Source: Thermoproteota archaeon (GTDB taxonomy: Archaea > Thermoproteota > Thermoprotei_A > Sulfolobales > Ignisphaeraceae). Taken from it: a stretch of DNA of 64,000 nt. Shown one piece after another: positions 10,767 to 21,102 of the stretch. Both the position numbers and the translations under genes were made by a program. The stretch lies in assembly GCA_030550585.1 (NCBI GenBank), contig JAUQPB010000004.1, forward strand, positions 32,001 to 96,000, in the 5' to 3' direction. The notes under the pieces are model-generated. The model ran no database searches. It saw only the letters and a list, made by a program, of their open reading frames with translations, and was not told the origin of the DNA. Each line of letters starts with the position of its first letter. Position 1 is the stretch's first letter.

Positions 10767-11889
10767 GAGAACAGGTATACAGTTCATGCCTATAAATCCT
10801 CTTTACCAACTTTATGCCATGGTCAAAGATAATTCCTCTTCGCTTAAAGCAGCAAAAACCTTTTTGATGATGCCGGACCTGTTCAATTATTGGTTATCAG
10901 GTGTTATAGCATCTGAGTACACAGATGCTTCTACAACTCAGTTTCTTGATCCATGGTCAAAGAAATGGGCCTTTGATTTGCTAGAGGAAATAGGGTTTCC
11001 AACAGATATATTTCCCAATATTATTGAACCTGGAACAAGACTAGGTGAAGTGAGCTCTAGTCTTGCAGAGGAACTGGATATACCAAGAAGCATAGCTGTC
11101 ATTGCACCAGCTACACATGATACCGCATCAGCTGTTGCAGCTTCTCCAATAGAAGATGACTCTGCTTATATAAGTTGTGGTACATGGAGTTTAGTTGGCA
11201 TAGAGGTGCCTAGCCCAATAATAAATAGAAAGGCTATGGAATATAACTTTACCAATGAGGGAGGCATTTTCAATACAATTAGATTTCTAAAGAACGTCCA
11301 GGGAATGTGGTTCCTACAAGAGATAAAACGTGCACTCGCACTAAAAGGAGAGGATTACTCATATGAGGAACTAACAAAAATGGCTGCAGAAGCAAAAGGA
11401 TTCATAGGATTTATTGACCCGGACGACCCAAGATTCTTAGCACCAACAAATATGGTTGAAGAAATCATGAAGTTTCTTGAAGAGACAAAGCAAAACAAGC
11501 CTAGGAACATCGGTGAGCTGGTACGTCTAGTTTTAGAAAGTCTTGCAATGAAATATAGATTCGTTATAGAAAGGCTGGAAGATATATCAGGAAAGAAGAT
11601 AAGAAAGATCAACATTGTTGGAGGAGGATCAAGAAACTGGTTACACAATCAACTAGTAGCAGACTTTACAAACAAAGTTGTTGTGTCAGGGCCAGAGGAA
11701 GCCACATCAATAGGCAATATGCTTACACAGCTAGTTGGTTTAGGCTACATAAAATCATTAAAAGAGATTAGAGAATATGTGAAAAACTCATTTAATCTAC
11801 GAACATTCGAGCCTCAGCATAGCAATAAACATGATGACATGTACTCATCTTTTCTAGATATGCTAGAGAAGCTTGGCAGAATAAAGTGA
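10759..11889 (+). pseudogene. rhaB: Rhamnulokinase/fuculokinase (FGGY family) lacking its N-terminal ~100+ aa
   Basis: Begins at the internal motif IYMRTGIQFMPIN. Contains HDTASAVAA, ISCGTWSLVG and VGGGSRN. In-frame TGA at 10756, and no N-terminal DxGxSSGR-type motif. Confidence 0.85.
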
Positions 11890-11974
11890 TATATCTTAAC
11901 ATTTTAGCATTTTATAACACTTTGTTGAAAGCTTATTAAAACTGGGCTATTATCAATATGGTTTGTGACAGATT

Positions 11975-12583
11975 ATGAACCAACATAACGTTAGCGAGAA
12001 AGATAAGGTTAAGCGACAAATATGTGAAGCTCTTAGAATGATGTATCTAAAGGGGTTGATAACGCCACTTACAGGCAATATCAGTGTTAGGGTAGATGAG
12101 AAGACCATTGTTATGACACCATCAGCATTTGTTCCAACTATAAGGCTAAAGTATGAGCTCAAGCCTGAGGATCTGGTTGAGGTTGATATAGAGGGTAATG
12201 TGATTAGTGGTGGAAGACCTACAACAGAGCTGCCAATGCATTTAGCTATCTATAGAAGCTGTAGCAAGTGCAAAGCTGTTGTGCATATACATGGGGTTTA
12301 CTCTCCGCTTATATCGGAAAAGGATATGGGGAATCTGTTTTTAGATACGGAGCTGAAGTACATTCTCAAGCCTAGGATATGTCTAGTGAAGGAGCTTATC
12401 CCAAGGACAACGGATTTGGCTGACGCTGTTGCCAAGAAGGTTGCCGAGGGCTGTGAGATAATATATTTGGAGGGGCATGGCGTTGTAACAGTCTCTGACA
12501 GCCTTGGCATGGCTCTCGAGCTTGCGGAGTTGGCAGAGGTTATTGCGACCAGAACTGTTTTCCACAAGATAATGCTGAAATGA
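11975..12583 (+). CDS. Class II aldolase/adducin family (fuculose/rhamnulose-1-phosphate aldolase-like)
   Basis: GNISVR, PTTELPMHLAIY, VVHIH and LEGHGVV motifs. Confidence 0.9.
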   Translation: MNQHNVSEKDKVKRQICEALRMMYLKGLITPLTGNISVRVDEKTIVMTPSAFVPTIRLKYELKPEDLVEVDIEGNVISGGRPTTELPMHLAIYRSCSKCKAVVHIHGVYSPLISEKDMGNLFLDTELKYILKPRICLVKELIPRTTDLADAVAKKVAEGCEIIYLEGHGVVTVSDSLGMALELAELAEVIATRTVFHKIMLK

Positions 12584-12642
12584 GGTTATTGTAACAAGAA
12601 TTTTCTTGAATATTTATTATTTGTTTTGCCAAACCACTACAT

Positions 12643-13887
12643 GTGATTTACTTGAATAAGACCCTGCTGGCATTGGCCACAGCATTTGTTTTAATAGTTT
12701 TGGTCGTGGCAATACTGGTACAATACACATACCCAGACCTTGTGAAGCGAAAGTCAGTAGCAACAGTTGCAACATCTGTACAGACAGCTTCTACAACTAG
12801 TGTTGCAACAACCGGTTCTCGCTATGCGCAGATACTCTCTCTAGCTAGAGATGTTGAAAATGTTGTTGGGCGTATCAGGAACCTGTCATTCGATAGCAAC
12901 GTTAGTTTCGAGCTTATAAACACTTCATGGGCTTTGAAGCACTGGGCTCCTAGCGAGTCTTCTGAGGTGCCTCCAGAAATTCTGTATAAGGAGATTGTCT
13001 ACAAGCTGACGTTTCTAACACCACTCAACTTCTCTCTGGTCTCAGGTGAGAGGAGCTTCGTTGGGATGTTCTTGGCTGCAACAGCTGGCACAACGATATA
13101 TATAAACACAGATTATTTTGATCCCAACAGTTCTGGGTCCAGAAATGTTCTTGCCCACGAGCTTACACACGTTCTTCAATTCATACACTTTCCAAACATA
13201 TTCTCTGGGGATAACACAACAGATGCTAGCTTAGCTAAACAAGCTCTTATAGAGGGCGATGCTGGGTGGACGCAACATCTGTACTGTGTCAAAACAGGTT
13301 TGTGTACACCATCTCCAAGGACTGGGATAGACCTTGGAAACCCATATATAGCTCTTGTAACGTTTCCATATGTCTATGGAGAGTGGTTCGTTTCATACCT
13401 CTACAACTTGAGTGGTTGGAGCATTGTCAACAAAGCCTATTCCACGCCCCCCATCTCAACATCTATGGTTATGCACCCAGATAGGTATGTTGCCTACCTC
13501 TCCACAGGTGAGAAAGGCTTTGAAGATCCTATCATTGTTTGCAACTGCAGTGGCAGCAGGGTTTATTCTGATAGGCTTGGCGAATACTATGTCATGCTTG
13601 TACTAGCTAGGAGAATAGGTCTAGACAGTGCAATGGAGATAGCATCCAGCTGGGGAGGCGATAGAGTAGAGCTATACAAGACCGAGAACACAACCCATGT
13701 GACATGGACTCTATGCTGGAACATTACATGGAGATCCCAGCAAAGCCTAAACAGATTCTACGAGGTTTTCTCAAATGCTGTAAAGCCCATTGGTGGAGAA
13801 TACAACAATAGCCTACTTGTGGTCGAGACATATCGGGGGGATTCATGGACATTTATAAAATCTGTGTATGTAACAGTGAAGAGGTAG
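12643..13887 (+). CDS. Membrane-anchored surface protein with HExxH zincin motif (DUF4157/Hvo_1808-like)
   Basis: N-terminal TM, Thr/Ser linker, LAHELTHVLQ...ALIEGDA, FPYVYG and WGGDR. Confidence 0.7.
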   Translation: MIYLNKTLLALATAFVLIVLVVAILVQYTYPDLVKRKSVATVATSVQTASTTSVATTGSRYAQILSLARDVENVVGRIRNLSFDSNVSFELINTSWALKHWAPSESSEVPPEILYKEIVYKLTFLTPLNFSLVSGERSFVGMFLAATAGTTIYINTDYFDPNSSGSRNVLAHELTHVLQFIHFPNIFSGDNTTDASLAKQALIEGDAGWTQHLYCVKTGLCTPSPRTGIDLGNPYIALVTFPYVYGEWFVSYLYNLSGWSIVNKAYSTPPISTSMVMHPDRYVAYLSTGEKGFEDPIIVCNCSGSRVYSDRLGEYYVMLVLARRIGLDSAMEIASSWGGDRVELYKTENTTHVTWTLCWNITWRSQQSLNRFYEVFSNAVKPIGGEYNNSLLVVETYRGDSWTFIKSVYVTVKR

Positions 13888-13901
13888 GGGCTGGATATGC
13901 C

Positions 13902-14786
13902 ATGAGAAACGCTTTAATCCTTTCAATACTAGTGCTTTTGTTTCTGCTCCCGGCTCTGCAAGCACAAAGCGAATTTGTTTATAGGGTTGGCGATTGGATT
14001 GAATATGGAGTTCTATTTGAGATTGGATCTGCAAGATGCTTCTACATCCTAAGACTTGAGATAGAAAATGTTAGTAGCCAGGTTGTTAGCTACTCGCTGG
14101 GGATAGCAGACACCATTTTTAATAGCAGTCTATGCAATTCTGTAACAGACTTGCTTGTAACAGCAATCTACTTTGAGACTAGATACCCCATAAACACAAG
14201 CACCTCCACACCGGAAAGCAGATACATGATAATATCCCCGAGATACACAGGAAACTACACAGTCGACGACATGTCTTTGCAATACTACAAAGGTGTGCTT
14301 GTATCGGCAGAGGCTTTGCTGAAAACGCCTTTTGCAGGAACACAAAAGATATTCATAGTCAATACTAGCATAGATGAGCTAAGAAGATTTGTAAAAACCC
14401 CTCCAGAGATAGAAACCCCAAGAATTGTTATAACACATGTGGTGTATACACCAACAACAGTGTTCAACACATTAACACAAACAATTGAAACAACACATAC
14501 ATACACAACTCAAACAACAGTAACACTAACATCGCCAACAACACTTAGATACACATTGACAACTACAGCCCTAGAAACAACTACAAAGACAGAGACGGTA
14601 TCACTACAAACAACTGTTTCAATGTATCAAACAGTATCGCTAACAGAAACACTAGTAACAACAAAGCCAACGACAATCACACTAACTCAAGTACCTATGA
14701 GAATAGAGTATGCAATAGCAGTTGGAGGCGCAATAGCGATAGTAGCAGTTGTAGTGGGAATTTATATAGGGTATAGAAGAAGGTAG
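13902..14786 (+). CDS. Cell-surface protein with signal peptide, Thr-rich stalk and C-terminal TM anchor
   Basis: Signal peptide ending LQA, long Thr-rich tract, C-terminal hydrophobic helix followed by RRR. Confidence 0.8.
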   Translation: MRNALILSILVLLFLLPALQAQSEFVYRVGDWIEYGVLFEIGSARCFYILRLEIENVSSQVVSYSLGIADTIFNSSLCNSVTDLLVTAIYFETRYPINTSTSTPESRYMIISPRYTGNYTVDDMSLQYYKGVLVSAEALLKTPFAGTQKIFIVNTSIDELRRFVKTPPEIETPRIVITHVVYTPTTVFNTLTQTIETTHTYTTQTTVTLTSPTTLRYTLTTTALETTTKTETVSLQTTVSMYQTVSLTETLVTTKPTTITLTQVPMRIEYAIAVGGAIAIVAVVVGIYIGYRRR

Positions 14787-14879
14787 AGGCAGATCTACTT
14801 AAATCCTCTAATACAATCAGTTGCTGGATATAGCTGGGTTATACAACGCTTTATTAACTATAAGAGAGCTCTTTATATG

Positions 14880-15725
14880 CTAAAGAGCTGATTTTGCATA
14901 AAGATCTAGGGTTCTATTACGATTACTCTCCTCAGACTCGAAAGCGTATCTACATTCAACACCCATTTTATTGCAGGCATCGCGTATTTGTCTAAACAGG
15001 TTGCCCCAGTCATATTCAAGAGCTTTTCTAGCTAGCTGAGATAAGAACCCATCTTTCCACATAAACCTTTTGATCCTCAGCTTATCAAAATAGACAACGC
15101 TTCTAGTCTCTTTTGCTATACTCAAAATTTCTTTGATCTCTGAAACACTGTCGTTGTAGCCTGGTATTATGGGTCCGAAGAAAATCCATGTTTTTATACC
15201 TTCTGAGGCGAGCCTCTTTAGAGCTTCTATTCTTGCAGAGGGCGGCGATGAGAAAACCTCTAGGCTTTTCATAGGCGAGTCATTTTTTGTAGATGTTATC
15301 GTTATCCCCACATCTATATAGCTTCTATACCTCTTCAAAACATCTAGATCTCTTAGAATCAAGGAGCTTTTGGTCTGTATACTGACCTTGAACTCGTTTT
15401 TGACTAGAATCTCAATTGATCTTATGGAGAGTTTGTATAGAGCCTCCACAGGCTGGTAGCCATCAGTTATTGTTCCAAGCCCAACAACACCCTTTCTAAA
15501 CCTCTTAACCTCTCTCTCCAAAACATCCAGAAGATTCTTCTTTACATAGATGACATACCCCCAATTATCAACAACTTCTCGGTTTGGTACATAATCTCTA
15601 GCATAGCAGTAAAGACATCCATGGGAACATCCTATATACGGATTTAGAGCATAGTCCAAATCTGGCAATCCAGACTTTGACAATGCACTCGAAACAGTGG
15701 TTTCAATGATTTTGAGCCTCATCAA
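14880..15725 (-). CDS. Radical SAM protein (SPL/Rv2578c-like)
   Basis: LNPYIGCSHGCLYCYA (CxxxCxxC), TDGYQPVE and IQTKS. Confidence 0.9.
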   Translation of the reverse strand: MMRLKIIETTVSSALSKSGLPDLDYALNPYIGCSHGCLYCYARDYVPNREVVDNWGYVIYVKKNLLDVLEREVKRFRKGVVGLGTITDGYQPVEALYKLSIRSIEILVKNEFKVSIQTKSSLILRDLDVLKRYRSYIDVGITITSTKNDSPMKSLEVFSSPPSARIEALKRLASEGIKTWIFFGPIIPGYNDSVSEIKEILSIAKETRSVVYFDKLRIKRFMWKDGFLSQLARKALEYDWGNLFRQIRDACNKMGVECRYAFESEESNRNRTLDLYAKSAL

Positions 15726-16017
15726 ATCACAGCAACCATTTTAGTTTGCAGACATGTGGTTGAGGCAATACAATATTTTATTAGAAACAGAAACTAACCT
15801 ATTTATACTTTCTGCGGTAATACCCTAACCACATTCCCACCTTTCAATGTTTTGCTTATCTATATACAAAGCATCTTTATTATCCTAGACTGTTGGACAA
15901 CTATTAGGTATCGCTACCGATCCTAGGGCCAACCCCAAGCTTCTAAACCATGGTTATGGAACTTTTTGTGACATGATTAAAAAAAGCCAATTATTTGATG
16001 TTTTATGCTAAGGGCTT

Positions 16018-17148
16018 TTAGATTGTTGCCCCTGGCACAGCAACAAAGTCTCTTATGACCCACTCAATCATCGCTGCCCCATTTGATGACATTGTTCCCC
16101 ACTCTGTTCCTATCTCCCAGTCCAGCAGGTAGTAGTCTGTGATATTGAATGTTGCATAATTTTTAGCGGTTTGTACGAAGAGTGTTGGGTCGTAGGCGAT
16201 CTGCCCGCATTTGACTCCCCAGCCCTTGGGGGCAAAAGCAATGTACTGCCAGCCGCCCCATTCAACACTATCGTGTCTCCAAACCTCAAATGTTGCGTTT
16301 GTCCTCGTTCCGTTGATTACTATTGGTATTGTGACCTCCCCAACCTTTCTGCCTGCTGGGCTGAGGTTCTGTCTATAGACCCAGACCATTATCTCTACAT
16401 CTCCCTTTGCCGGAGCTGTCGCTGGTTTTAGGGCAACGCTCTCTCTTACTATCCATGCATCAGCCGCTATGTTGAATGGCATTGAGGGGTCTATTCTCTC
16501 AACACATATGTAGAAAGATATTGTGAACGGTGTCATGTTGCTTATCTTCATTGGGAATGGCACTCCAAATCCATTGGCGTATCTTCCACCCCATGGCTTC
16601 CTGCCTATGTAGATCTCAGGGTATCCGTTGGTCCACTGCCGCGGGTTTGCATCTGTAATGTTTATCTCTGTTCTAAACTCTCTTTTGATGAGGTCTATTA
16701 CCATCTGTTGAACACCTTTATAGCTGTTTAGATTCCATGGATTAACCTCTGCAAATAGATCTGTAACCCCATCGCCATTGAGGTCAAGCTCTGCTGACGG
16801 CTTCGATGGGTAGCTGAGCACTATCTGGGTTGCCTGGGCAACTGTTTTTGTCACTGTACCCACCACAGTATATGTTATAGTCGTAGCCATCTCTTTTGTG
16901 AATGTGGAATAAAAGGTTTGTGTCACAGTTTGCGTCACACTAAGCTCTGTTGGCAGGAATGTGGTTAGAGTCTCTATAGATGTGAGGGTCACAGTCTCTG
17001 TTTCTGTATATCTATGCTCGACAGGGGTTGTGAAAACAACTGTTTTTGTTGTTGGCTGGCTTGTGAGAGAGCTGTACATATAGCCTCCGGCAAACCCTAT
17101 CACAAGCACTATTACTATAACTGCTATTGTCACCATCCTGCTAGCCAT
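16018..17148 (-). CDS. GH12 endo-beta-glucanase, membrane-anchored via a Thr-rich linker
   Basis: EVNPWN, GYPEIYIGRKPW, DVEIMVW and WEIGTEWG motifs typical of archaeal/Thermotoga GH12. Confidence 0.88.
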   Translation of the reverse strand: MASRMVTIAVIVIVLVIGFAGGYMYSSLTSQPTTKTVVFTTPVEHRYTETETVTLTSIETLTTFLPTELSVTQTVTQTFYSTFTKEMATTITYTVVGTVTKTVAQATQIVLSYPSKPSAELDLNGDGVTDLFAEVNPWNLNSYKGVQQMVIDLIKREFRTEINITDANPRQWTNGYPEIYIGRKPWGGRYANGFGVPFPMKISNMTPFTISFYICVERIDPSMPFNIAADAWIVRESVALKPATAPAKGDVEIMVWVYRQNLSPAGRKVGEVTIPIVINGTRTNATFEVWRHDSVEWGGWQYIAFAPKGWGVKCGQIAYDPTLFVQTAKNYATFNITDYYLLDWEIGTEWGTMSSNGAAMIEWVIRDFVAVPGATI

Positions 17149-17290
17149 TGCCACCACCCACAACAATACTGTGGGGTCGAGGACAATTTAAATTTATTCA
17201 ACAAGTTTATCAATGCAAACACCACCAACTATTTTAACTTTTCAAGGACGGTTATACGATCTTGAACCACCATATAATGTGGGTAAGCAT

Positions 17291-18457
17291 ATGCCAGAAC
17301 TTGTTATAAATGTCAGCAACTTCATATCACCTCTCTGCTACACAGTACTTAGGCTAGAGCCCTACACAACATGTCCATTCAAATGCGTTTACTGTTACGC
17401 TAGATGGTATATGAAATCCCCTACAAATATTGTTTACCCTAGATACAAAGCTTTAGACATGTTCAGATCATTCGTCAAAAAGGTTTATAGAAGAGGTTTG
17501 AAGCCTATCCCATTTAGGCTCTCAACCCTTGTAGACCCTTTCCCTCCTCACGAGCAACTCTACAGATTCTCTGAAAAAATGCTTAGTGTGGCTAGCGACT
17601 ATGAATACCCACTTATCATAAACACTAAGAGTGTGTATTTTGCCTATGACCCCATAAAAAAGTATTTGCTTGGACTACTGGACAAGAGGCTGGCAATACT
17701 ACAAATATCTGTTTCAGTACTTAGAGAAAGCGTGGCAAGGGTTCTAGAACCTGTTGCACCAGATCCTATAAAGAGGCTGGATGCAGTCAAAGAGCTTGGA
17801 TCTACCGATGTCCCCATAGCTATTCGCTTATCGCCTTTCATACCATTTGCATCACCATCGACTAGAGAGGACATAGAGCAGTTTGCTTTGTTAGCCAAGG
17901 AAGTGGGGGTTAAACACGTTATTGTAGAAACAATCAGGTTTGAGAGTAGTGGTATAGGGGATCTGCTCAGAAGGCTAGGCATAACCAACATTGTTTTTGA
18001 GGGCTATAGCATCAGGGAAGTAGACGGTTTAAAGCCTGTTTCAAGAGCTTCTCTGAAAATAGTTGAGGGCATATATCATATTCTTAGTCGAGAGCTTGAA
18101 AAGCATGGGATAGCGTTTGCAACATGTAAGGAAGGTCTATTCGATTTTCACACAGCTAGCGATTGTTGCGGGGCATACCTATTGAGAGATGCTGCTATCC
18201 GGCTAACACTCTACGATGTTTATAGACACGTTGTAGAGTCTGGCACCAAATCTACAAGCTTTTCGCAGGAAATTGACTTGCTGAGAGATGTTAGCAAAAG
18301 ATACTCTAGGCTTTTCGGCGACGATGTTTCTGTTTATCCAAGAGAGGTTTCAAAGCCTCTGAAAAACCATGAAAAGAAGTTGGTGAGGGTCTTGAGAAAC
18401 AGGGAGCTGCTATCCCATGTCGCTCCGCATCTAGCCAGAAGGATTCTGTCTTCATAG
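17291..18457 (+). CDS. Radical SAM protein (SPL-like)
   Basis: EPYTTCPFKCVYCYA, STLVDPF, INTKS and C-terminal CKE...DCCG. Confidence 0.85.
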   Translation: MPELVINVSNFISPLCYTVLRLEPYTTCPFKCVYCYARWYMKSPTNIVYPRYKALDMFRSFVKKVYRRGLKPIPFRLSTLVDPFPPHEQLYRFSEKMLSVASDYEYPLIINTKSVYFAYDPIKKYLLGLLDKRLAILQISVSVLRESVARVLEPVAPDPIKRLDAVKELGSTDVPIAIRLSPFIPFASPSTREDIEQFALLAKEVGVKHVIVETIRFESSGIGDLLRRLGITNIVFEGYSIREVDGLKPVSRASLKIVEGIYHILSRELEKHGIAFATCKEGLFDFHTASDCCGAYLLRDAAIRLTLYDVYRHVVESGTKSTSFSQEIDLLRDVSKRYSRLFGDDVSVYPREVSKPLKNHEKKLVRVLRNRELLSHVAPHLARRILSS

Positions 18458-18477
18458 CATTCAAAAATTGTTTAGCT

Positions 18478-19407
18478 CTATGTGGCTTCCCAGATATAGT
18501 CTACTACCTCTTCGTGTCTAGGGGTTTCGTGGGATCCCAGCCTAGTTATCTTCAGAGCAGCAACAGCGTTTGCATATAGAATAGCCTTTCTTGTTGAATA
18601 GCCCCTGACAAGCCCTGCTATGAGGCCTGCTGCAAACGCGTCTCCAGCACCTGTTGTGTCAACAACCTTGTCTACCCTTACAGCTGGAACCTCTTCGTCA
18701 ATGCCGTTTCCAAGTGCGTAGACACCCCTTGGCCCAAGCTTTACAACAACAAGCTCTGGCCCAAGACCTTTGATGATCTTTGCCGCTTCTCTGTAGTTGT
18801 CGGGGCTTGTACCTGTTAGAGCAGCGGCCTCGTGGTTGTTCAGCGAAACAATGTCAACTTGTTTCACAAGTGCTTCGAGCTCTTTTAGCCCTTTTCTCGA
18901 TAACACTCTTCCAGGATCCCAAGAAACCTTTACACCATTCTTTTTAGCTATCTCAATAGCTTTAAGAGATGTGTCAACTCTCAAGCTGGCTATGTGTATG
19001 TAGCGTGTGTTTGCAATAACATCGTCTACCACATCGCTTGGCTCAAGCTCTTCTGCAACACCTTTGAAGCCATACATTGTTATATTGCCATTCTTGTCTA
19101 TGACAACTATTGTGAATCCTGTCTGCCCCTTTGAGGCAACTCTCAGACCCGTTATATCAACACCTTCTCTGAGAAGCTCATCTACTATAATCCTCCCAAA
19201 ACTGTCAAAACCTATTTTAGCTACTACAGCTGTTTTTAGACCAAGTCTACAGCCATCTATAGCAACATTCACAGCCGAGCCTCCGCCACCCCAAACCTGG
19301 CTGAGGACAATAGACTCCTCATCTGGCCCTGGAAACCTTTCGACAACTATTCTAATGTCGACGAGGGCATGCCCAACAGTGACCAGGTCGTATCTTGGCT
19401 GCATCAC
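18478..19407 (-). CDS. PfkB-family carbohydrate kinase
   Basis: GGSAVNVA and DTTGAGDAF motifs. Confidence 0.93.
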   Translation of the reverse strand: MMQPRYDLVTVGHALVDIRIVVERFPGPDEESIVLSQVWGGGGSAVNVAIDGCRLGLKTAVVAKIGFDSFGRIIVDELLREGVDITGLRVASKGQTGFTIVVIDKNGNITMYGFKGVAEELEPSDVVDDVIANTRYIHIASLRVDTSLKAIEIAKKNGVKVSWDPGRVLSRKGLKELEALVKQVDIVSLNNHEAAALTGTSPDNYREAAKIIKGLGPELVVVKLGPRGVYALGNGIDEEVPAVRVDKVVDTTGAGDAFAAGLIAGLVRGYSTRKAILYANAVAALKITRLGSHETPRHEEVVDYIWEAT

Positions 19408-19416
19408 AAAGTCCTC

Positions 19417-20232
19417 TTACTCAACATATTTTATGGCTTCCTCCGGCTCTTTACCCTCGTGAACAATAGACATTATAGCTTTTATCATCCCAGCCGGGTT
19501 CTTGTGCTGGAAAACATTTCTCCCCACAACAACGCCTCTGGCCCCAGCTTCAACAACATTCTTAACATCTTTGAGAAACTCTATTGGCTTCTCCCTAGCG
19601 GGGCCACCACTCATGAGCACGGGTATACCTGCAGCAACCTTCACAACCTCTTCAAATGTTTCTTTCGATCCTGTATAGTAGGTTTTGATCAAGTCAGCGC
19701 CACTCTCAATAGCCGCTCTAACACCGTATTTAACAATCTCAACATCATACATATTCTTTATAGCTGGCCCCCTCGGATATGCCAACTGGAGACATGGCAG
19801 CCCATATCTCTCAGCAGCTTCTCTCACACTAAACCACATGTTCAGCATGGCATCCTCGTATTGGCTGCCCCAATAAACAGTTGCGGCAACAGCGTCTGCG
19901 CCAAGCGCCACAGCATCCTCTACATAGCCAAAGACGCTTTGGAGCATCCTCTGATCCTCTGGCCTCAGATTGGTTTTGCTGGTTACCTTGACAATTAGAG
20001 CTGTTTTATTTGCCCAAACCTCGTGGGTTAGATAAGCCATGCCAGGTAGGAGCATGACAGCATCAACACTAGCGTCAACAACCTTCTTGAGTATTACCCT
20101 AGGGTCTATGTGCTCAGGTGGGAAGTCCTTTGGACCGTGCTCAACACCATGATCAAATGCGAATACAACTGCTTTTCCATCTCTCAATATTCTTGAGAGC
20201 CTGACCCTCTTCCCAATGGCGTTGTAGGCCAA
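19417..20232 (-). CDS. fba: Archaeal-type class I fructose-bisphosphate aldolase (DhnA family)
   Basis: [30 protein letters not shown] and VGRNVFQ motifs. Confidence 0.9.
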   Translation of the reverse strand: MAYNAIGKRVRLSRILRDGKAVVFAFDHGVEHGPKDFPPEHIDPRVILKKVVDASVDAVMLLPGMAYLTHEVWANKTALIVKVTSKTNLRPEDQRMLQSVFGYVEDAVALGADAVAATVYWGSQYEDAMLNMWFSVREAAERYGLPCLQLAYPRGPAIKNMYDVEIVKYGVRAAIESGADLIKTYYTGSKETFEEVVKVAAGIPVLMSGGPAREKPIEFLKDVKNVVEAGARGVVVGRNVFQHKNPAGMIKAIMSIVHEGKEPEEAIKYVE

Positions 20233-20287
20233 GTAGAATCACCGACATACCTTCTGCACTAGTTGAAATATAAACTCATTTGCTTGG

Positions 20288-20974
20288 CTATATCTCCTTG
20301 TCTAAAACCCATGCAATACCCCCTAGAACATGCCTCTGGAACCACTCCTCCCTCCACCTCTTTGTCTGATGGCCAAAAGCCGTGTAGAAGACTTTTCCAC
20401 CTCCGTATCTGTGGCACCAGGCGATGGGATAGTCAGAAACTTCTTTGGGTGCCTTGCCCATGTCTACAGATGTTGTGTCTAGGCTTATGAGCACATGTGT
20501 CTTCTCTCTACCAAGCCAGTTCTTAAACAGGTATATCTCTTCGAAGGCTCTAAACGTCTTTGGAAGATGTTTTGTAGATGGATGCTCAGAGTCCTCGACA
20601 ATGAAAACGGCTTCTTGTGTCCATGGATGTGAGTGGAAATAGCCTCCAAGCATCTCGCCGTAGGGGGGATAGCTATAGAGGGTGTCAGCAGCGTTGTGAA
20701 TGCCTACAAACCCGCCCCCACCCCTGACAAAGTTTATCAGCAACTCTTTTTGCTTTTCTGAAAAGGGGATCTCCCCCGATGTGAGAAATAAAATAGCGCT
20801 GAAACCTGAAATCACATCCAGGTTGAACTCCTCTAGATCCTCTGTGGCATAGGCTCTGAAAAGCCTAGACTCTTCACCCAGCCTCGTTAAAACCTCTATG
20901 GCAGTTGATATATAGTTATGCCTATAACCGGCATTATATGCGAATATAAGGATTCTGCTCATTATAAACACCAA
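20288..20974 (-). CDS. ThuA-domain (class I glutamine amidotransferase-like) protein
   Basis: GYRH, GGGFVGIHNAAD, GGYFHSHPW, EEIY and KVFYTAFGH motifs. Confidence 0.88.
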   Translation of the reverse strand: MVFIMSRILIFAYNAGYRHNYISTAIEVLTRLGEESRLFRAYATEDLEEFNLDVISGFSAILFLTSGEIPFSEKQKELLINFVRGGGGFVGIHNAADTLYSYPPYGEMLGGYFHSHPWTQEAVFIVEDSEHPSTKHLPKTFRAFEEIYLFKNWLGREKTHVLISLDTTSVDMGKAPKEVSDYPIAWCHRYGGGKVFYTAFGHQTKRWREEWFQRHVLGGIAWVLDKEI

Positions 20975-21102
20975 AAGCAGTTCTACTATAATCGTTATAG
21001 CTACCCCTATATTTGTGCTTTTTTGTTTTCAGCGAATACTTTATGGCATATCATGGACATGGTCTGTAGATGCTATTGAATGATCTGATCAATTCTATAT
21101 CA

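Noticed and set aside
14440-14700. ACA/ACT-rich repetitive DNA
   Set aside because: Explained by the Thr-rich protein stalk; not a CRISPR array or DNA repeat element.
19007-19998. Long plus-strand ORFs opposite pfkB and fba (and similar shadow ORFs throughout the track)
   Set aside because: Antisense to well-supported genes and lacking recognisable motifs.
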